This document shows positions 1 to 9,742 of a stretch of 51,780 bases of DNA, in pieces. The notes under the pieces are model-generated. The model was not told where the DNA came from. It did not search any database and saw only the letters and a list, made by a program, of their open reading frames with translations. The position numbers and the translations under genes were made by a program. The stretch comes from Planctomycetota bacterium (GTDB lineage Bacteria; Planctomycetota; Planctomycetia; Pirellulales; UBA1268). The stretch lies in assembly GCA_027592945.1 (NCBI GenBank), contig JAQCJP010000001.1, positions 1 to 51,780 of the forward strand, given 5' to 3'. Position 1 is the first letter of the stretch; every line of letters begins with the position of its first letter.

Positions 1-669
1 CTCACCAGCTGCCGGCGCCGTCGCCAGCCGCCAGTGGCCGTAGCCGGCCGCCGCGACCACCACAGCCAAGCCGGCGAGGACCTGGGCTGCTGCCGATCGC
101 GGGGCGAGCCGCCCCTGCAGGCCGAGGAGCCCGGCGGCCAGCCCGGCGGCCCCGGCCATCACGATCCCACCCACGCCGACAGCGGCGATCGCATCAGCCG
201 CCTGAATGAGAGCGAGCCACCGCCATTGGGTGTGACCGAGACCGGCGAACGTAAAGCCGCCAAGCAGTTCACCCCGGAGCTGCTCGCAGGCCACCCAGGC
301 AACTGTGGCCGCCGGCAGCAGCGGCCACCGCCAGCGATGAATCAGCCGGCGGGCGGCCCAGGTGAAGAGCAGCGGATAGCAGGCCAGGTAGGCCGCCAGC
401 AGCAGCCAGCCGATGGCGGTTGCCGGATGGGGCAGCCGCAGCCAATGGATCGCGGCGAGCCAGTAGGTCAGCCCGCCGCACCAGACAGCCAGCCAGGGTC
501 TCGGCCCGGCCAGTCGCCCCGGCCAGAGCAGCATCAGCCACGGCAGCGGCGCCAGCCAGGCCAGCAGCCACCAGTCGACCGGAGGCTGGACCAGAAACAT
601 CGCCAGCCCGCCGCCGATCGCCAGGCCCCAGGTTCCAACCGGCCGAGCCGCTGCCACCTGCGGAATCAT
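1..669 (-). CDS. lnt: Apolipoprotein N-acyltransferase, N-terminal membrane domain (partial; continues beyond the left edge)
   Basis: This gene is not in the ORF track because it has no stop inside the window. Manual minus-strand translation from the ATG at 669-667 is open to position 1. It reads MIPQVAAARPVGTWGLAIGGGLAMFLVQPPVDWWLLAWLAPLPW..LLAAYLACYPLLF..VAWVACEQLRGELLGGFTFAGLGHTQWRWLALIQAADAIAAVGVGG. The Trp-rich TM helices and the E.LRG..GF...lG.sQ segment parallel E. coli Lnt (..[20 protein letters not shown]..). The start overlaps the upstream stop as ATGA. Confidence 0.75.
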   Translation of the reverse strand, partial: MIPQVAAARPVGTWGLAIGGGLAMFLVQPPVDWWLLAWLAPLPWLMLLWPGRLAGPRPWLAVWCGGLTYWLAAIHWLRLPHPATAIGWLLLAAYLACYPLLFTWAARRLIHRWRWPLLPAATVAWVACEQLRGELLGGFTFAGLGHTQWRWLALIQAADAIAAVGVGGIVMAGAAGLAAGLLGLQGRLAPRSAAAQVLAGLAVVVAAAGYGHWRLATAPAAGE

Positions 670-941
670 GCCGTTTCAAACTCCGCCAGCACCAGGCCAG
701 GGGCGACCGGTTCGTCTTCCTCGACCAGCTGGACCACCAGCCGGCCGTCGACCGGCGCTTCCAGATCAATGGTCACACCGCCGGCGACCAGCTCGACGAC
801 CCGATCGCCCGCAAGCACGGCCGCCGCTTCCGGAACCAGCCAGAGCGAGACCGAGAGCCCCCGATCGGCAAGCCCCAAATCGGGGACCACCAACGGTACC
901 CGCCGGCTACCCGAGGCTGACGAGGCTGCGGCGGCCATCAT
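666..941 (-). CDS. Small lipoyl/biotinyl-attachment-like domain protein lacking any lysine
   Basis: This is track ORF 666..1025, trimmed to the MM start at 941, which overlaps the upstream stop as ATGA. VVELVAGGVTIDLEAPVDGRLVVQLVEEDEPVAPGLVLAEFE resembles the barrel-sandwich hybrid (lipoyl) fold pattern. The 91-aa product contains no Lys at all. Confidence 0.55.
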   Translation of the reverse strand: MMAAAASSASGSRRVPLVVPDLGLADRGLSVSLWLVPEAAAVLAGDRVVELVAGGVTIDLEAPVDGRLVVQLVEEDEPVAPGLVLAEFETA

Positions 942-1888
942 GGCGTGGGTTCCGATGTCCGGGGCTGGTCCCGCAACCATGCCAGGATCACGCGGCCGAC
1001 CGTGCCCAGCGACCTCGCGGAACACTGCTCGGGCGTGTCGCGGGTGGTGTGCCAGGCCGGGTAGTCGAAATCGATGATGTCGCAGGTGGGGATCTTGCCG
1101 ACGTTCCGCAGTGGCACATGGTCGTCGTCGACTTCATGCCGGGGCCGAGGCACGAACTCCCGCACTCCCAGCCGGGCTGCCACCTCCCAGATCGACTCGA
1201 CCACCGGCCGGGTGTCGGGCCAGCTGATGCTCTTGCGTTCCTGCCAAATCTCCAGATCGCGATCGCCGACCATGTCGAGCAGGACACCGCAGCGGTAGAA
1301 GGGCCCGTCGCCCTTCCGTCGGGCTGCCGCGTATTGGCGAGCGAAATACGTCGAGCCGAGGAAGTAGGGATCGCCAGGATGGAACACGTACTCCTCGGCA
1401 TCGAAGAGCACGAAGTCGACTCCCGGCCCATCAATGCCCGCCATGAACCGGCTCAGTTCCATCAACACCGCGACCCCGCTGGCGCCGTCATTGGCACCGA
1501 TGAACCGCCCCCAGGGATCGACTGGATCGCGATCCGGATAGGGACGGGTGTCGTAATGGGCCGCCAGCAGGATGCGCTCCTGGCGATCGGGATGCCATTG
1601 AATCAGGAGGTTTTCGATGTGGACTGGCTCGCCGCTGCGGCGATCACGAATGCGGAAAGCCTGCCCGGCCACCTTCCCGCCAGCGGCCCGAAAGTGTGCT
1701 GCCAGGAGCGCCCGCTGCCGTCGCATCGCCTCAGACCCGCTCGGCCGGGGCCCCAGGTTACAGACTGCCTCAAGGTGCCCCATCGCCCGCTCACCCGAAA
1801 ATTCCCCCTGCTCCCCGGCGGTGGCGAGCAGGGCAGCACAGACCAGAAGCATCGCCACTGGAGCAGGAACGACAGAGAAACGTGGCAT
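938..1888 (-). CDS. M28-family zinc peptidase / glutaminyl-cyclase-like exported protein
   Basis: There is an N-terminal signal-like segment (VAMLLVCAALLATAG). Motifs are AAHYDTRPYP, NDGASGVAVLMEL, FVLFDAEE, GVLLDMVG and DDDHVPL, typical of M28 aminopeptidase / bacterial glutaminyl cyclase metal ligands. Confidence 0.8.
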   Translation of the reverse strand: MPRFSVVPAPVAMLLVCAALLATAGEQGEFSGERAMGHLEAVCNLGPRPSGSEAMRRQRALLAAHFRAAGGKVAGQAFRIRDRRSGEPVHIENLLIQWHPDRQERILLAAHYDTRPYPDRDPVDPWGRFIGANDGASGVAVLMELSRFMAGIDGPGVDFVLFDAEEYVFHPGDPYFLGSTYFARQYAAARRKGDGPFYRCGVLLDMVGDRDLEIWQERKSISWPDTRPVVESIWEVAARLGVREFVPRPRHEVDDDHVPLRNVGKIPTCDIIDFDYPAWHTTRDTPEQCSARSLGTVGRVILAWLRDQPRTSEPTP

Positions 1889-2087
1889 GCGGGGCTCCCG
1901 GCTGGCGGTTCACCAGCAGCCTGGGAACCGGTCTCGCAAAAGTCTACCTGCCTCTCGAGCAGATCCTCCACGGGGACGATGCGCACCCGATGGCCGGCGA
2001 CCCAAAATCTCTTCCCGCCCGACACCCTGTTCCTTCGGTAGACTCCGGAGCGGCGTGGCCGACAAAAGCCCCGAAACGGACTGCATC

Positions 2088-3857
2088 ATGCAACGCTTTT
2101 CCGCAAACCTTCGGCACCTTTTCGTCAGCAGGCCGCTGCCCTGCCAACTGCCGGCCTGCCTCCTGCTGGCGGCGATGCTCTCGGCCGGCATGGCCGAGGC
2201 GGGCGGCGGACCGGAAAACGTGGCGGTGATCGTCAATCCAACCAGCAGCGAGAGCCTGGCCGTGGCCAACTCGTTTGTGGCAGCCCGCGGTATTCCGGCG
2301 ATCAACGTCTTCATGGTGCCCTGGCCGGGCAGCAAGGATGCCACGACGATCGACCGGTTTCGCAACGAGATCCTTGCCCCGATCCTCCGGGGCATCGAGT
2401 CCCGGCGTTTGACGCCCCAGATCGACTACATCGTCTACTCAGCCGACTTTCCCTGGCGGATCGACTACCGCGACGCGCTCCCGCCGGAAATTGCCAAGCA
2501 AGACACCTTCCCGTCGGGATCTCTCACGGGCATGACGATGCTCTATGCGGCCGTCCAGGGCAATGGGCCTGGCTGGCTCGATCCGGAGAGCAACAAGTAT
2601 TACCGCCCCCTCGGCCGCGACGGCCTGCCGGTGGAAACCGTCGGCTTTCGGGGCTGGTACGGCTGGGGCAACGACAGCCGGCTCCTGGAGGCGGGGGGCA
2701 CCAACTATCTCCTCTCGGTGATGCTCGGTGTCACGACGGGCCGCGGCAACACGGTCACTGAAGTCGACGCCTACCTGCGCCGGGCCGCCACGGCCGACGG
2801 CACCCGTCCCCCCGGCACCATCTACTTGATGACCAATCAAGATGTTCGCACGACCACCCGCTCAGCTGCCTTTCCGGCCACGGTGCAGGCCCTCGAGCAA
2901 CTCGGCATCAAGGCCGAGATCGCCTCTGGGACGCTGCCGGAGCAGAAGCGGGACGTGGCCGGCCTGATGACCGGCACTCCGAACTTCAACTGGGCCGCCA
3001 GCGGGAGCACGATTCTGCCAGGAGCCATCTGTGAGAACCTCACGAGCTTCGGCGGGATCTTCACGCCCACTGTCGGTCAAACACCGCTCTCAGATTTCCT
3101 GCGGGCCGGCGCGGCAGGTTCAAGCGGCACCATCATCGAGCCGTATTCGATCCAGGCCAAGTTCCCGCACGCCAGCATCCACATTCATTACGGCCGCGGC
3201 GCGAGCCTGGCGGAGGCCTTCTATCAATCCATCAGCGCGCCCTATCAGCTGCTGGTCGTCGGCGATCCGCTCTGCCAGCCCTGGGCGGTCATCCCGCAGG
3301 TCTCGGTGACGCTTGCCGGCGGTGGCGGGCCGCTCGAACCGGGAGCCGCCCTCTCGGGGACCATCACGCTCGAACCGCGGGCCACGCTGCCGGACGACGG
3401 CACGACCGATCGCTTCGAGTTGTTCGTCGATGGCGTGCGGGCCGACGCCTGCGGCCCGGGGGGCACCCTTAGCCTCGAGACCGAGCCTCTCGCCGACGGA
3501 CACCATGAACTTCGGGTCGTGGCCATCTCGGCCTCACCGGTCGAGACCCAGGGACGGGCGGTGATCCCGGTCGTGTTCGCCAATCACGATCGCCGACTCG
3601 CTCTCACGGTGAGCCCCCGCCGAGTTCCGCTCTCGGGATCGGTGGAGGTGTCGCTCGAGGGCGATGGAGTCGACAGCGTGCTCGTCTTTTCCACCGGCCG
3701 AATTCTGGGGCGGCTGACAGAGCCTGGTGGCAAGCTGCAGATTCCTGCCGTGATGCTCGGCCGAGGGACGGTGACGATTCATGCCACGGGCCGCGGGGGC
3801 CGGACCCAAGCCGAGTCAGCCAACGCTGTCCCGGTGACGGTGATGGTGGGCAACTGA
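2088..3857 (+). CDS. Exported hypothetical protein (about 589 aa)
   Basis: This is track ORF 1617..3857 trimmed to the in-frame ATG at 2088 (MQRFSANLRHLF..LLLAAMLSAGMAEAGG, signal-peptide-like). The upstream part of the ORF is R/P/S-rich junk and overlaps the divergent M28 gene. G/C3 coding bias is strong. The C-terminal third looks like beta-rich Ig-like repeats. From memory it may belong to a conserved PVC-group family (TIGR03790-like); this is unverified. Confidence 0.6.
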   Translation: MQRFSANLRHLFVSRPLPCQLPACLLLAAMLSAGMAEAGGGPENVAVIVNPTSSESLAVANSFVAARGIPAINVFMVPWPGSKDATTIDRFRNEILAPILRGIESRRLTPQIDYIVYSADFPWRIDYRDALPPEIAKQDTFPSGSLTGMTMLYAAVQGNGPGWLDPESNKYYRPLGRDGLPVETVGFRGWYGWGNDSRLLEAGGTNYLLSVMLGVTTGRGNTVTEVDAYLRRAATADGTRPPGTIYLMTNQDVRTTTRSAAFPATVQALEQLGIKAEIASGTLPEQKRDVAGLMTGTPNFNWAASGSTILPGAICENLTSFGGIFTPTVGQTPLSDFLRAGAAGSSGTIIEPYSIQAKFPHASIHIHYGRGASLAEAFYQSISAPYQLLVVGDPLCQPWAVIPQVSVTLAGGGGPLEPGAALSGTITLEPRATLPDDGTTDRFELFVDGVRADACGPGGTLSLETEPLADGHHELRVVAISASPVETQGRAVIPVVFANHDRRLALTVSPRRVPLSGSVEVSLEGDGVDSVLVFSTGRILGRLTEPGGKLQIPAVMLGRGTVTIHATGRGGRTQAESANAVPVTVMVGN

Positions 3858-3858
3858 T

Positions 3859-5589
3859 TCAGCGGTTCGACCGGGGCTGCTGGTCGCCGGCGGCGGCGTG
3901 GTGGGCGCGGGAGAGATGCTCGACAAAGTCGCTGCCGGCATCGTTCAGCACGAAGACCTCGCTGCCGCTCTCCGCCGCGTCGTGCGGCCTGACGATGCAG
4001 ATCACCTCGGCCCGCCCCTCGTGCTGACGGACATGGTCGAGGAGGGCCTGCTCGCCGGGGCTGAGTCGCTCGGCCGCTCCGGCAGCCTGCGGAGGCACCT
4101 CGGCTGCAGCAGCAGGCGACAGGCTCGCCCCCCGGGCGGCATCGCCGGCGGCCAGGGCCGCGGAACCAACGACCGCTGCCGAACCTCCGACAGCCGCCGG
4201 GTCGTCGAGTCCGCCGGTGGGCGGCATGCCGGGCGCGGAACTGGACGCTGTGGGCACCGCATCGGCACGATCACGGCGGTCGAAGGAGACCTCGGGCATC
4301 TCGGACGGCATCGCTGGCACATGAGCCGAGCCACCAGCCGCCGCCAGGGTGTCGAGGCCGTTGCTGGGATAGACGTTGCGGTACACAAACGCGAGTCCCG
4401 CCTCCTCGAGCTGCTCATGAATCGCGGGGAGTGCCGCAAAGAGCCCCTCGTTGTCGGCCGGATCGGCCGCATTGCAGACGCCGATGAGCGTGCCATCAAT
4501 GGCAAACAGCCCGCCCCCGCTGCGGCCCTGCACGGGCTGTCCGGCAACCTGTACGTTGGCCGGGCCCAGATATTTGTCGACGGCCGTGATCCGGCTGTGA
4601 TGGACGCTCGGATCGGCCCCGCCGTTGCAGCCGACGGTCACGACGGCCTCGCCTGGCTGGACGCGACGATCGGCGGCACCGACCTTGACGGCCTCGAGCG
4701 GCACGTCGGTGAAGATGCTCACCAGGGCGAGATCGCGGCGAAGATCCCAGGCGACGACCTGGCCGGCGACACCCCGAGGACCGGCTGAAGAGAAGATGTC
4801 GACCTCGATGCCTCCCTCACCTTCGGAATCACGAAAGATGTGGCCGCAGGTCAGGATCAACGCCTCACCCTGTCGGCAATCGATCACCGTTCCGGTGCCC
4901 CAGGAGACGCCGGCGGAATCCTCGACCCGCAGCCGGGCGGTCGCCGCCAGGAGCTTGCGTCCCAGGGCATCCCGGGGCGGATCGGCTGGGGGCAAAGGCT
5001 GGCGGTCAGCCGCTGGCGGCGGCGTCTGGAGGGGACTGCCGGGGGGCGTTGCCGCAACGGCCGGCGGTGCGGCCCGGTGCTGCGGGAGGCCCTGAGACCG
5101 CGCCGGAACAGGCGGCTCGGTCACCAGCGGCGCCCGCGAATCGGCGACCGGCAGCGGTATCCCCGGACCGGCGGGTGGTGCCTCAGGGACGGCCGGCGCA
5201 GGCTGGCCGCCGAGTGCGACAGCGGCACCGGCCAGGAGCTGTTCCAGTTCTGCGTGCGTCGTGGCGCCGTTGATGCGGCCCGCCTCGCGGCCGCGCACCA
5301 GCAAGACATAGCAGGGAACGCCGGTCACGCCGAACCGGCGCACCAGATCGGCTTCCCGATCGACATCGACATGCCGCACCACCCACCCGGCCGCGGCGAT
5401 CTCACCCACGATCGGCTCCATCTGCCGACATGGACCGCACCAGCTGGCCGCAAAATCGAGCAGCACGACATCTCCGGCAGCGGCAGCCACAGCCGGGTTT
5501 GCAGGGGCCTCGGCCGCGGCGGTGCCGAGCGTCAGCGGGAGAAGCATGGTGGCCAAAAGGCCGCCGAAGATCCGGGCAGGGCTCGTCAT
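3859..5589 (-). CDS. Exported thioredoxin-domain / trypsin-like serine protease fusion protein
   Basis: A signal peptide ([18 protein letters not shown]) is followed by a thioredoxin fold with an intact WCGPC and a Pro-rich linker. A chymotrypsin-fold domain follows, with TCGHIF (His), RRDLALV (Asp) and GRSGGGLF (Ser). The C-terminal region of about 150 aa is unassigned. Confidence 0.75.
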   Translation of the reverse strand: MTSPARIFGGLLATMLLPLTLGTAAAEAPANPAVAAAAGDVVLLDFAASWCGPCRQMEPIVGEIAAAGWVVRHVDVDREADLVRRFGVTGVPCYVLLVRGREAGRINGATTHAELEQLLAGAAVALGGQPAPAVPEAPPAGPGIPLPVADSRAPLVTEPPVPARSQGLPQHRAAPPAVAATPPGSPLQTPPPAADRQPLPPADPPRDALGRKLLAATARLRVEDSAGVSWGTGTVIDCRQGEALILTCGHIFRDSEGEGGIEVDIFSSAGPRGVAGQVVAWDLRRDLALVSIFTDVPLEAVKVGAADRRVQPGEAVVTVGCNGGADPSVHHSRITAVDKYLGPANVQVAGQPVQGRSGGGLFAIDGTLIGVCNAADPADNEGLFAALPAIHEQLEEAGLAFVYRNVYPSNGLDTLAAAGGSAHVPAMPSEMPEVSFDRRDRADAVPTASSSAPGMPPTGGLDDPAAVGGSAAVVGSAALAAGDAARGASLSPAAAAEVPPQAAGAAERLSPGEQALLDHVRQHEGRAEVICIVRPHDAAESGSEVFVLNDAGSDFVEHLSRAHHAAAGDQQPRSNR

Positions 5590-5819
5590 CCGTCACTCCA
5601 CGTGTCGGCACCGGCAAATCACACAGCCCCGCCGACCTGCAATCGATCCGACGGGTGCGGCGGGATAGTGGCCCGCAGCCACGGCAGCCACAAGATCACT
5701 TTGACGTGGCAACCGCCGCCGGGTTTGCCCAGTCCGCCACGGCCACCGCTGTTTCCCCGCCAGCGTGCATCCACTTACAATCCGCCGCAGCCGCCCGAGT
5801 CACCGCCCCCAGGTCCCGC

Positions 5820-7943
5820 ATGCCCACCGCCCCCCAGCGTCGCCTCCTCGTCACCTCGGCGCTTCCCTACGCCAACGGGCACATTCACCTCGGCCATCTC
5901 GTCGAGTATCTCCAGACCGACATCTTCGTGCGGTTCCAGCGGCTCCGCGGTCACCAGGCGATCTACCTCTGCGCCGATGACACCCATGGGACGGCCATCA
6001 TGCTCCGGGCCCGGGCCGAGGGCCGCAGCGAACAGGAACTGATCGCGGCGATGCGGGAGGCCCACCTCGCCGACTTCACCGATTTTCAGATTGCCTTCGA
6101 TCACTACGGCTCGACAGACAGCCCGGCCAATCGCCGGCTCTGCGGCGAGCTCTGGCAGGCTCTGCGGGAACGGGAGCTCGTTGTCACCCGGGAGGTGCAG
6201 CAGCTCTACGACCCGGAGGCGGGCGTCTTTCTGGCCGACCGGTTCGTGAAAGGGACGTGTCCGAAGTGCGGTGGCGGCGATCAATACGGGGACGCCTGCG
6301 AGCAGTGCGGCGCTACCTACGCCCCGACCGAACTGGTCGATCCGGTCAGCACGCTCTCCGGGGCCCGGCCGGAGGTGCGGTCGGCCGAGCACCTGTTCGT
6401 GACGATCGAGGCCTTGCACGAGTTCCTTGCCCAGTGGACACAGGACTCGGGGGCGGTCGACCCGCGAATCGCCAACTACCTCAACGGCCACTTTCTCAGT
6501 GAGCCGCTCCGCGACTGGGACATCTCCCGACCCGCACCGTACTTCGGCTTCGAGATTCCGGATGCCCCAGGACAGTACTGGTACGTCTGGTTCGATGCTC
6601 CAGTCGGCTACATGGCCGCCACGGAGGAATGGTGCCAACAGCAGGGAGGCCGCCTGGAAGACTGGTGGGGCCGTGACGATGCGGGGAACCCTCGGGCCGA
6701 GATTCACCATTTCATCGGCAAGGATATCGTCTACTTCCACACCCTCTTCTGGCCGGCGATGCTCGAGGCCGCGGGGCTGGCCCTGCCGACCAAGGTCCGC
6801 GTGCACGGCTTCCTGACGGTCAATGGCCAGAAGATGTCGAAGAGCCGGGGCACCTTCATCCTCGCCCGCACCTACCTCGAGCATCTCGATCCCGGCATGC
6901 TCCGGTACTACTACGCGGCCAAGATCTCCGGGGGCATCGACGACCTCGATCTCAACCTCGAGGAGTTCACCGCCAAGGTCAACGCCGACATCGTCGGCAA
7001 GGTGGCCAACCTGGCCAGCCGCACCGCTCGCTGGCTGACGGCGAGCGGGCTCTCGGCTGTCTATCCCGACGACGGCGGCCTGTTCGCGAAAGCCGCCGCC
7101 GACGGCGAGGCGATCGCAGCGGCCTACGAAGCTGGCGACTTCGCCCGGGCGATGCGACTCGTGATGCAGGCCGCCGACCGGGCCAACGCCTACATCGACG
7201 CCGAGCAGCCCTGGAAACTCGCGAAGGCCGGTCCCGAAGCAGCCGGCCGGCTGCAGGATGTGGCCAGCGTGGCGGTCAATCTCTTCCGACAACTGGCCGT
7301 CTATCTCGCCCCCGTCCTACCCCGGCTCGCCGAGCAGGCGGGGACGTTGGTCGGTGGGCCGATCCGCCACTGGGCCGAAGCCACTCGGCCGCTGGCCGGG
7401 ATCCCCGTGGCCGGCTTCCAGCCGCTGGCTCGGCGAGTCGAACAGGCCCAGATCGAGGCCCTGGTCGCCGCCTCACGGTCAGCGGTCGAGGCCAGTCCAC
7501 CAGCTGGATCACCTGTCACGCACACCTCAGGAGCATCAACGATGGATGAAACACCGGCAGCCTTCTCTTCCGCGGATCCAGCCGCGCCGCTCGAGGCCGA
7601 GCCCTTGGCCGAGGAATGCACGATTGATGACTTTGGGAAGGTCGACCTGCGGGTGGCGCGGATCGTCGCGGCGGAAGAGGTGCCGGAGGCCCGCAAGCTT
7701 TTAAAGCTCACGGTCAGCCTCGGGGGCGACGTGACCCGCACCGTCTTTGCCGGCATCAAGGGCTTTCACGATCCGGCGGCCCTGGTGGGCCGGCTCGTGG
7801 TGGTGGTGGCGAATCTCGCGCCTCGCAAGATGAAGTTTGGCCTCAGCGAGGGCATGGTGGTCGCGGCCAGCGGCGCGGGCGCAGAAGGAGTCTTTCTGCT
7901 CTCCCCTGACACCGGCGCCCTGCCCGGGATGCGGCTGCGATGA
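5820..7943 (+). CDS. metG: Methionine--tRNA ligase with C-terminal tRNA-binding (Trbp111/EMAP-like) domain
   Basis: This is track ORF 5430..7943 trimmed to the ATG at 5820 ([30 protein letters not shown]). HIGH-type and KMSKS motifs are present, as is the [18 protein letters not shown] zinc knuckle. The C-terminus reads [27 protein letters not shown]. Confidence 0.95.
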   Translation: MPTAPQRRLLVTSALPYANGHIHLGHLVEYLQTDIFVRFQRLRGHQAIYLCADDTHGTAIMLRARAEGRSEQELIAAMREAHLADFTDFQIAFDHYGSTDSPANRRLCGELWQALRERELVVTREVQQLYDPEAGVFLADRFVKGTCPKCGGGDQYGDACEQCGATYAPTELVDPVSTLSGARPEVRSAEHLFVTIEALHEFLAQWTQDSGAVDPRIANYLNGHFLSEPLRDWDISRPAPYFGFEIPDAPGQYWYVWFDAPVGYMAATEEWCQQQGGRLEDWWGRDDAGNPRAEIHHFIGKDIVYFHTLFWPAMLEAAGLALPTKVRVHGFLTVNGQKMSKSRGTFILARTYLEHLDPGMLRYYYAAKISGGIDDLDLNLEEFTAKVNADIVGKVANLASRTARWLTASGLSAVYPDDGGLFAKAAADGEAIAAAYEAGDFARAMRLVMQAADRANAYIDAEQPWKLAKAGPEAAGRLQDVASVAVNLFRQLAVYLAPVLPRLAEQAGTLVGGPIRHWAEATRPLAGIPVAGFQPLARRVEQAQIEALVAASRSAVEASPPAGSPVTHTSGASTMDETPAAFSSADPAAPLEAEPLAEECTIDDFGKVDLRVARIVAAEEVPEARKLLKLTVSLGGDVTRTVFAGIKGFHDPAALVGRLVVVVANLAPRKMKFGLSEGMVVAASGAGAEGVFLLSPDTGALPGMRLR

Positions 7944-8029
7944 GCGGTTTCCCTCAAATCGGCGCGGCGGCGTTGACCACGCGGTAGAATGATACGTGTG
8001 GTCCGGATGCCCCCTGGGAGGTGAGATCG

Positions 8030-8488
8030 ATGGCAACGAGAACGATTCTGTTTCCGACTGACTTCTCAACGGCCAGCGACGCAGCGCTGAAGCATGCCGA
8101 AACCCTTGCCAAGTCATCAGACGCCAAGCTCCTGATCCTCCATGTGGAAGAGCCCCCGCTGGCCTACGGTGGGGGAGAGCTCTACTACGGGCTCCCCGAG
8201 CCGAACTCCGAGCGGATTCAGAAAATGCTCCAGGACGTCCGGCCCGCGGATCCCGCGGTGCCCTTTGAACATCGGATGACGATGGGCGACCCGGCCGGCG
8301 AGGTTGTGCGGATCGCCGAGGAGGAGCAGGCCGAGATGATCGTGATGGGCACCCACGGCCGGACTGGATTGACGCGGCTCCTGATGGGCAGCGTGGCCGA
8401 GGCGATCGTGCGGCGGGCGCCCTGCCCGGTGCTCATCTATCGTGAGACGGCCGAGAAGCTGGCCGCCAGCAAGCCAGCCGCGACCTGA
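8030..8488 (+). CDS. Universal stress protein (UspA family)
   Basis: Motifs are ILFPTDFS..A...A and MIVMGTHGRTGLTRLLMGSVAEAIVRRAPCPVLIY. The ATG at 8030 lies 9 nt after a GGGAGG Shine-Dalgarno-like sequence (8015-8020). The track starts the ORF at the GTG at 8021. Confidence 0.85.
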   Translation: MATRTILFPTDFSTASDAALKHAETLAKSSDAKLLILHVEEPPLAYGGGELYYGLPEPNSERIQKMLQDVRPADPAVPFEHRMTMGDPAGEVVRIAEEEQAEMIVMGTHGRTGLTRLLMGSVAEAIVRRAPCPVLIYRETAEKLAASKPAAT

Positions 8489-8493
8489 AGCCG

Positions 8494-9444
8494 ATGACGA
8501 CCCGGTCGGTTCTCGAGCTGCGGGCCCGGCTGCGACACACGCTCCGGAATCTCTTTGACACCGCCGGCTTCCTGGAAGTCGATACGCCTGTCCTCGCAGC
8601 CGAGGTGCTGCCCGAGTCGCACATCGACCCGGTGCCCGTGCAGGTGGCCGGATGCGGTCCCTGTCGCTGGCTCCAGACCAGTCCCGAAAACCTCATGAAG
8701 CGGCTGCTGGCGGAAGGCAGTGGCAGCATCTACCAGTTTGCCCCGTCGTTTCGGGATGGCGAGCGGGGCCGGTGGCATGACATCGAGTTCGTCCTTCTCG
8801 AGTGGTATGCGCCGGGCACCACGCTCGATGATGCTGCGGAGTTGCTGGACCGCCTCTGCCGAGTCGCGATCGGCAGCCGGGGTCTCGATCGGATCACCTG
8901 CTCGGTGGCATTCGTCGACCACGCCGGCGTCGATCCGCTGCTTGCCTCCGCCGCCCAGCTGCAGACAGCGGTCGAGCGGCTGGGCCTGGCCCGACCGGAC
9001 GGGCTCGAGACCCTGCCCGAAGCCGACCTCTTCGACCGCTGCTTCGAGTTGCTGCTGGCCGAGGCGGTGCAGCCGCGGCTTGGGCACGACCGACCGGTGA
9101 TGCTCGAAGGCTGGCCGGCATCCCAGGCCGCCTTTGCCCGCCTCGACCCGGCCTGCCCGCAGCTCGCCCGCCGCTTCGAGCTCTTTGTCGGCGGTGTCGA
9201 ACTGGCCAACGGCTGGGAGGAAGACCCGTCCCGAGAACTGCTGGCCGAGCGGATCACGGCGGCCAACGAGATCCGTCGCCAGGATGGCCGGGGCGTGCTG
9301 CCGATGCCCGAGAAACTCCTGGCAGCCCACGGCCAGGCGATGCCGGCCGGCGTCGGCGCGGCCCTCGGCTTCGACCGCCTGGCGATGCTCGCCGCCGGAG
9401 CGTCATCGATCGACGAGGTCCGCTGCTTCCCCGACGGCAGCTGA
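8494..9444 (+). CDS. epmA: EF-P lysine aminoacylase (GenX/PoxA; truncated class II LysRS paralogue)
   Basis: The product is collinear with E. coli EpmA. Matching segments are FLEVDTPVL, LQTSPENLMKRLLAEG.G.IYQFAPSFRDGERGRWHDIEFVLLEWY, RFELFVGGVELANGW and GVGAALGFDRLAMLAAG. Confidence 0.85.
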   Translation: MTTRSVLELRARLRHTLRNLFDTAGFLEVDTPVLAAEVLPESHIDPVPVQVAGCGPCRWLQTSPENLMKRLLAEGSGSIYQFAPSFRDGERGRWHDIEFVLLEWYAPGTTLDDAAELLDRLCRVAIGSRGLDRITCSVAFVDHAGVDPLLASAAQLQTAVERLGLARPDGLETLPEADLFDRCFELLLAEAVQPRLGHDRPVMLEGWPASQAAFARLDPACPQLARRFELFVGGVELANGWEEDPSRELLAERITAANEIRRQDGRGVLPMPEKLLAAHGQAMPAGVGAALGFDRLAMLAAGASSIDEVRCFPDGS

Positions 9445-9742
9445 GCGGGGGGCAGCTGAGCGGGCTTCCGGGAGCCGGTCTCGCCCAACGGCCCGCCGTC
9501 CCCCCGGCTCGCGCCGGGGTACTTTTATGCGTATCGCACACCGGAAGACGGGCTCGCGCCGGGATGCTTTTACGGGGAGGGGTCGGTCGGGGGCACGCGC
9601 AGAAGCCGGGGAATCTTTGCGACTCAGAGCGGGGGCTCTATCGGCCAGATGAGCACCCTGTAGCAAAATCCCCCGGATTCGAGCATGTCCCTGCCGGCCC
9701 CGGTGGTCCCTGCCGAACGGCCCGCAGTCCCGCCCGGCTCGA

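Noticed and set aside
34-1077. A 347-aa plus-strand ORF at the left edge.
   Set aside because: The product is Pro/Gly/Arg/Gln-rich junk. The minus strand here encodes lnt, the lipoyl-like protein and the end of the M28 peptidase, with clear motifs and ATGA couplings.
5775-7292. A 505-aa minus-strand ORF.
   Set aside because: It is antisense to metG, which has HIGH/KMSKS and zinc-knuckle motifs.
9445-9742. A non-coding RNA in the 298-nt convergent intergenic region after epmA.
   Set aside because: It contains a loose direct repeat (GGCTCGCGCCGGG..CTTTTA at about 9507 and 9552). I could not recognise any known RNA family signature, such as SRP, RNase P, 6S or tmRNA, or any convincing extended structure.
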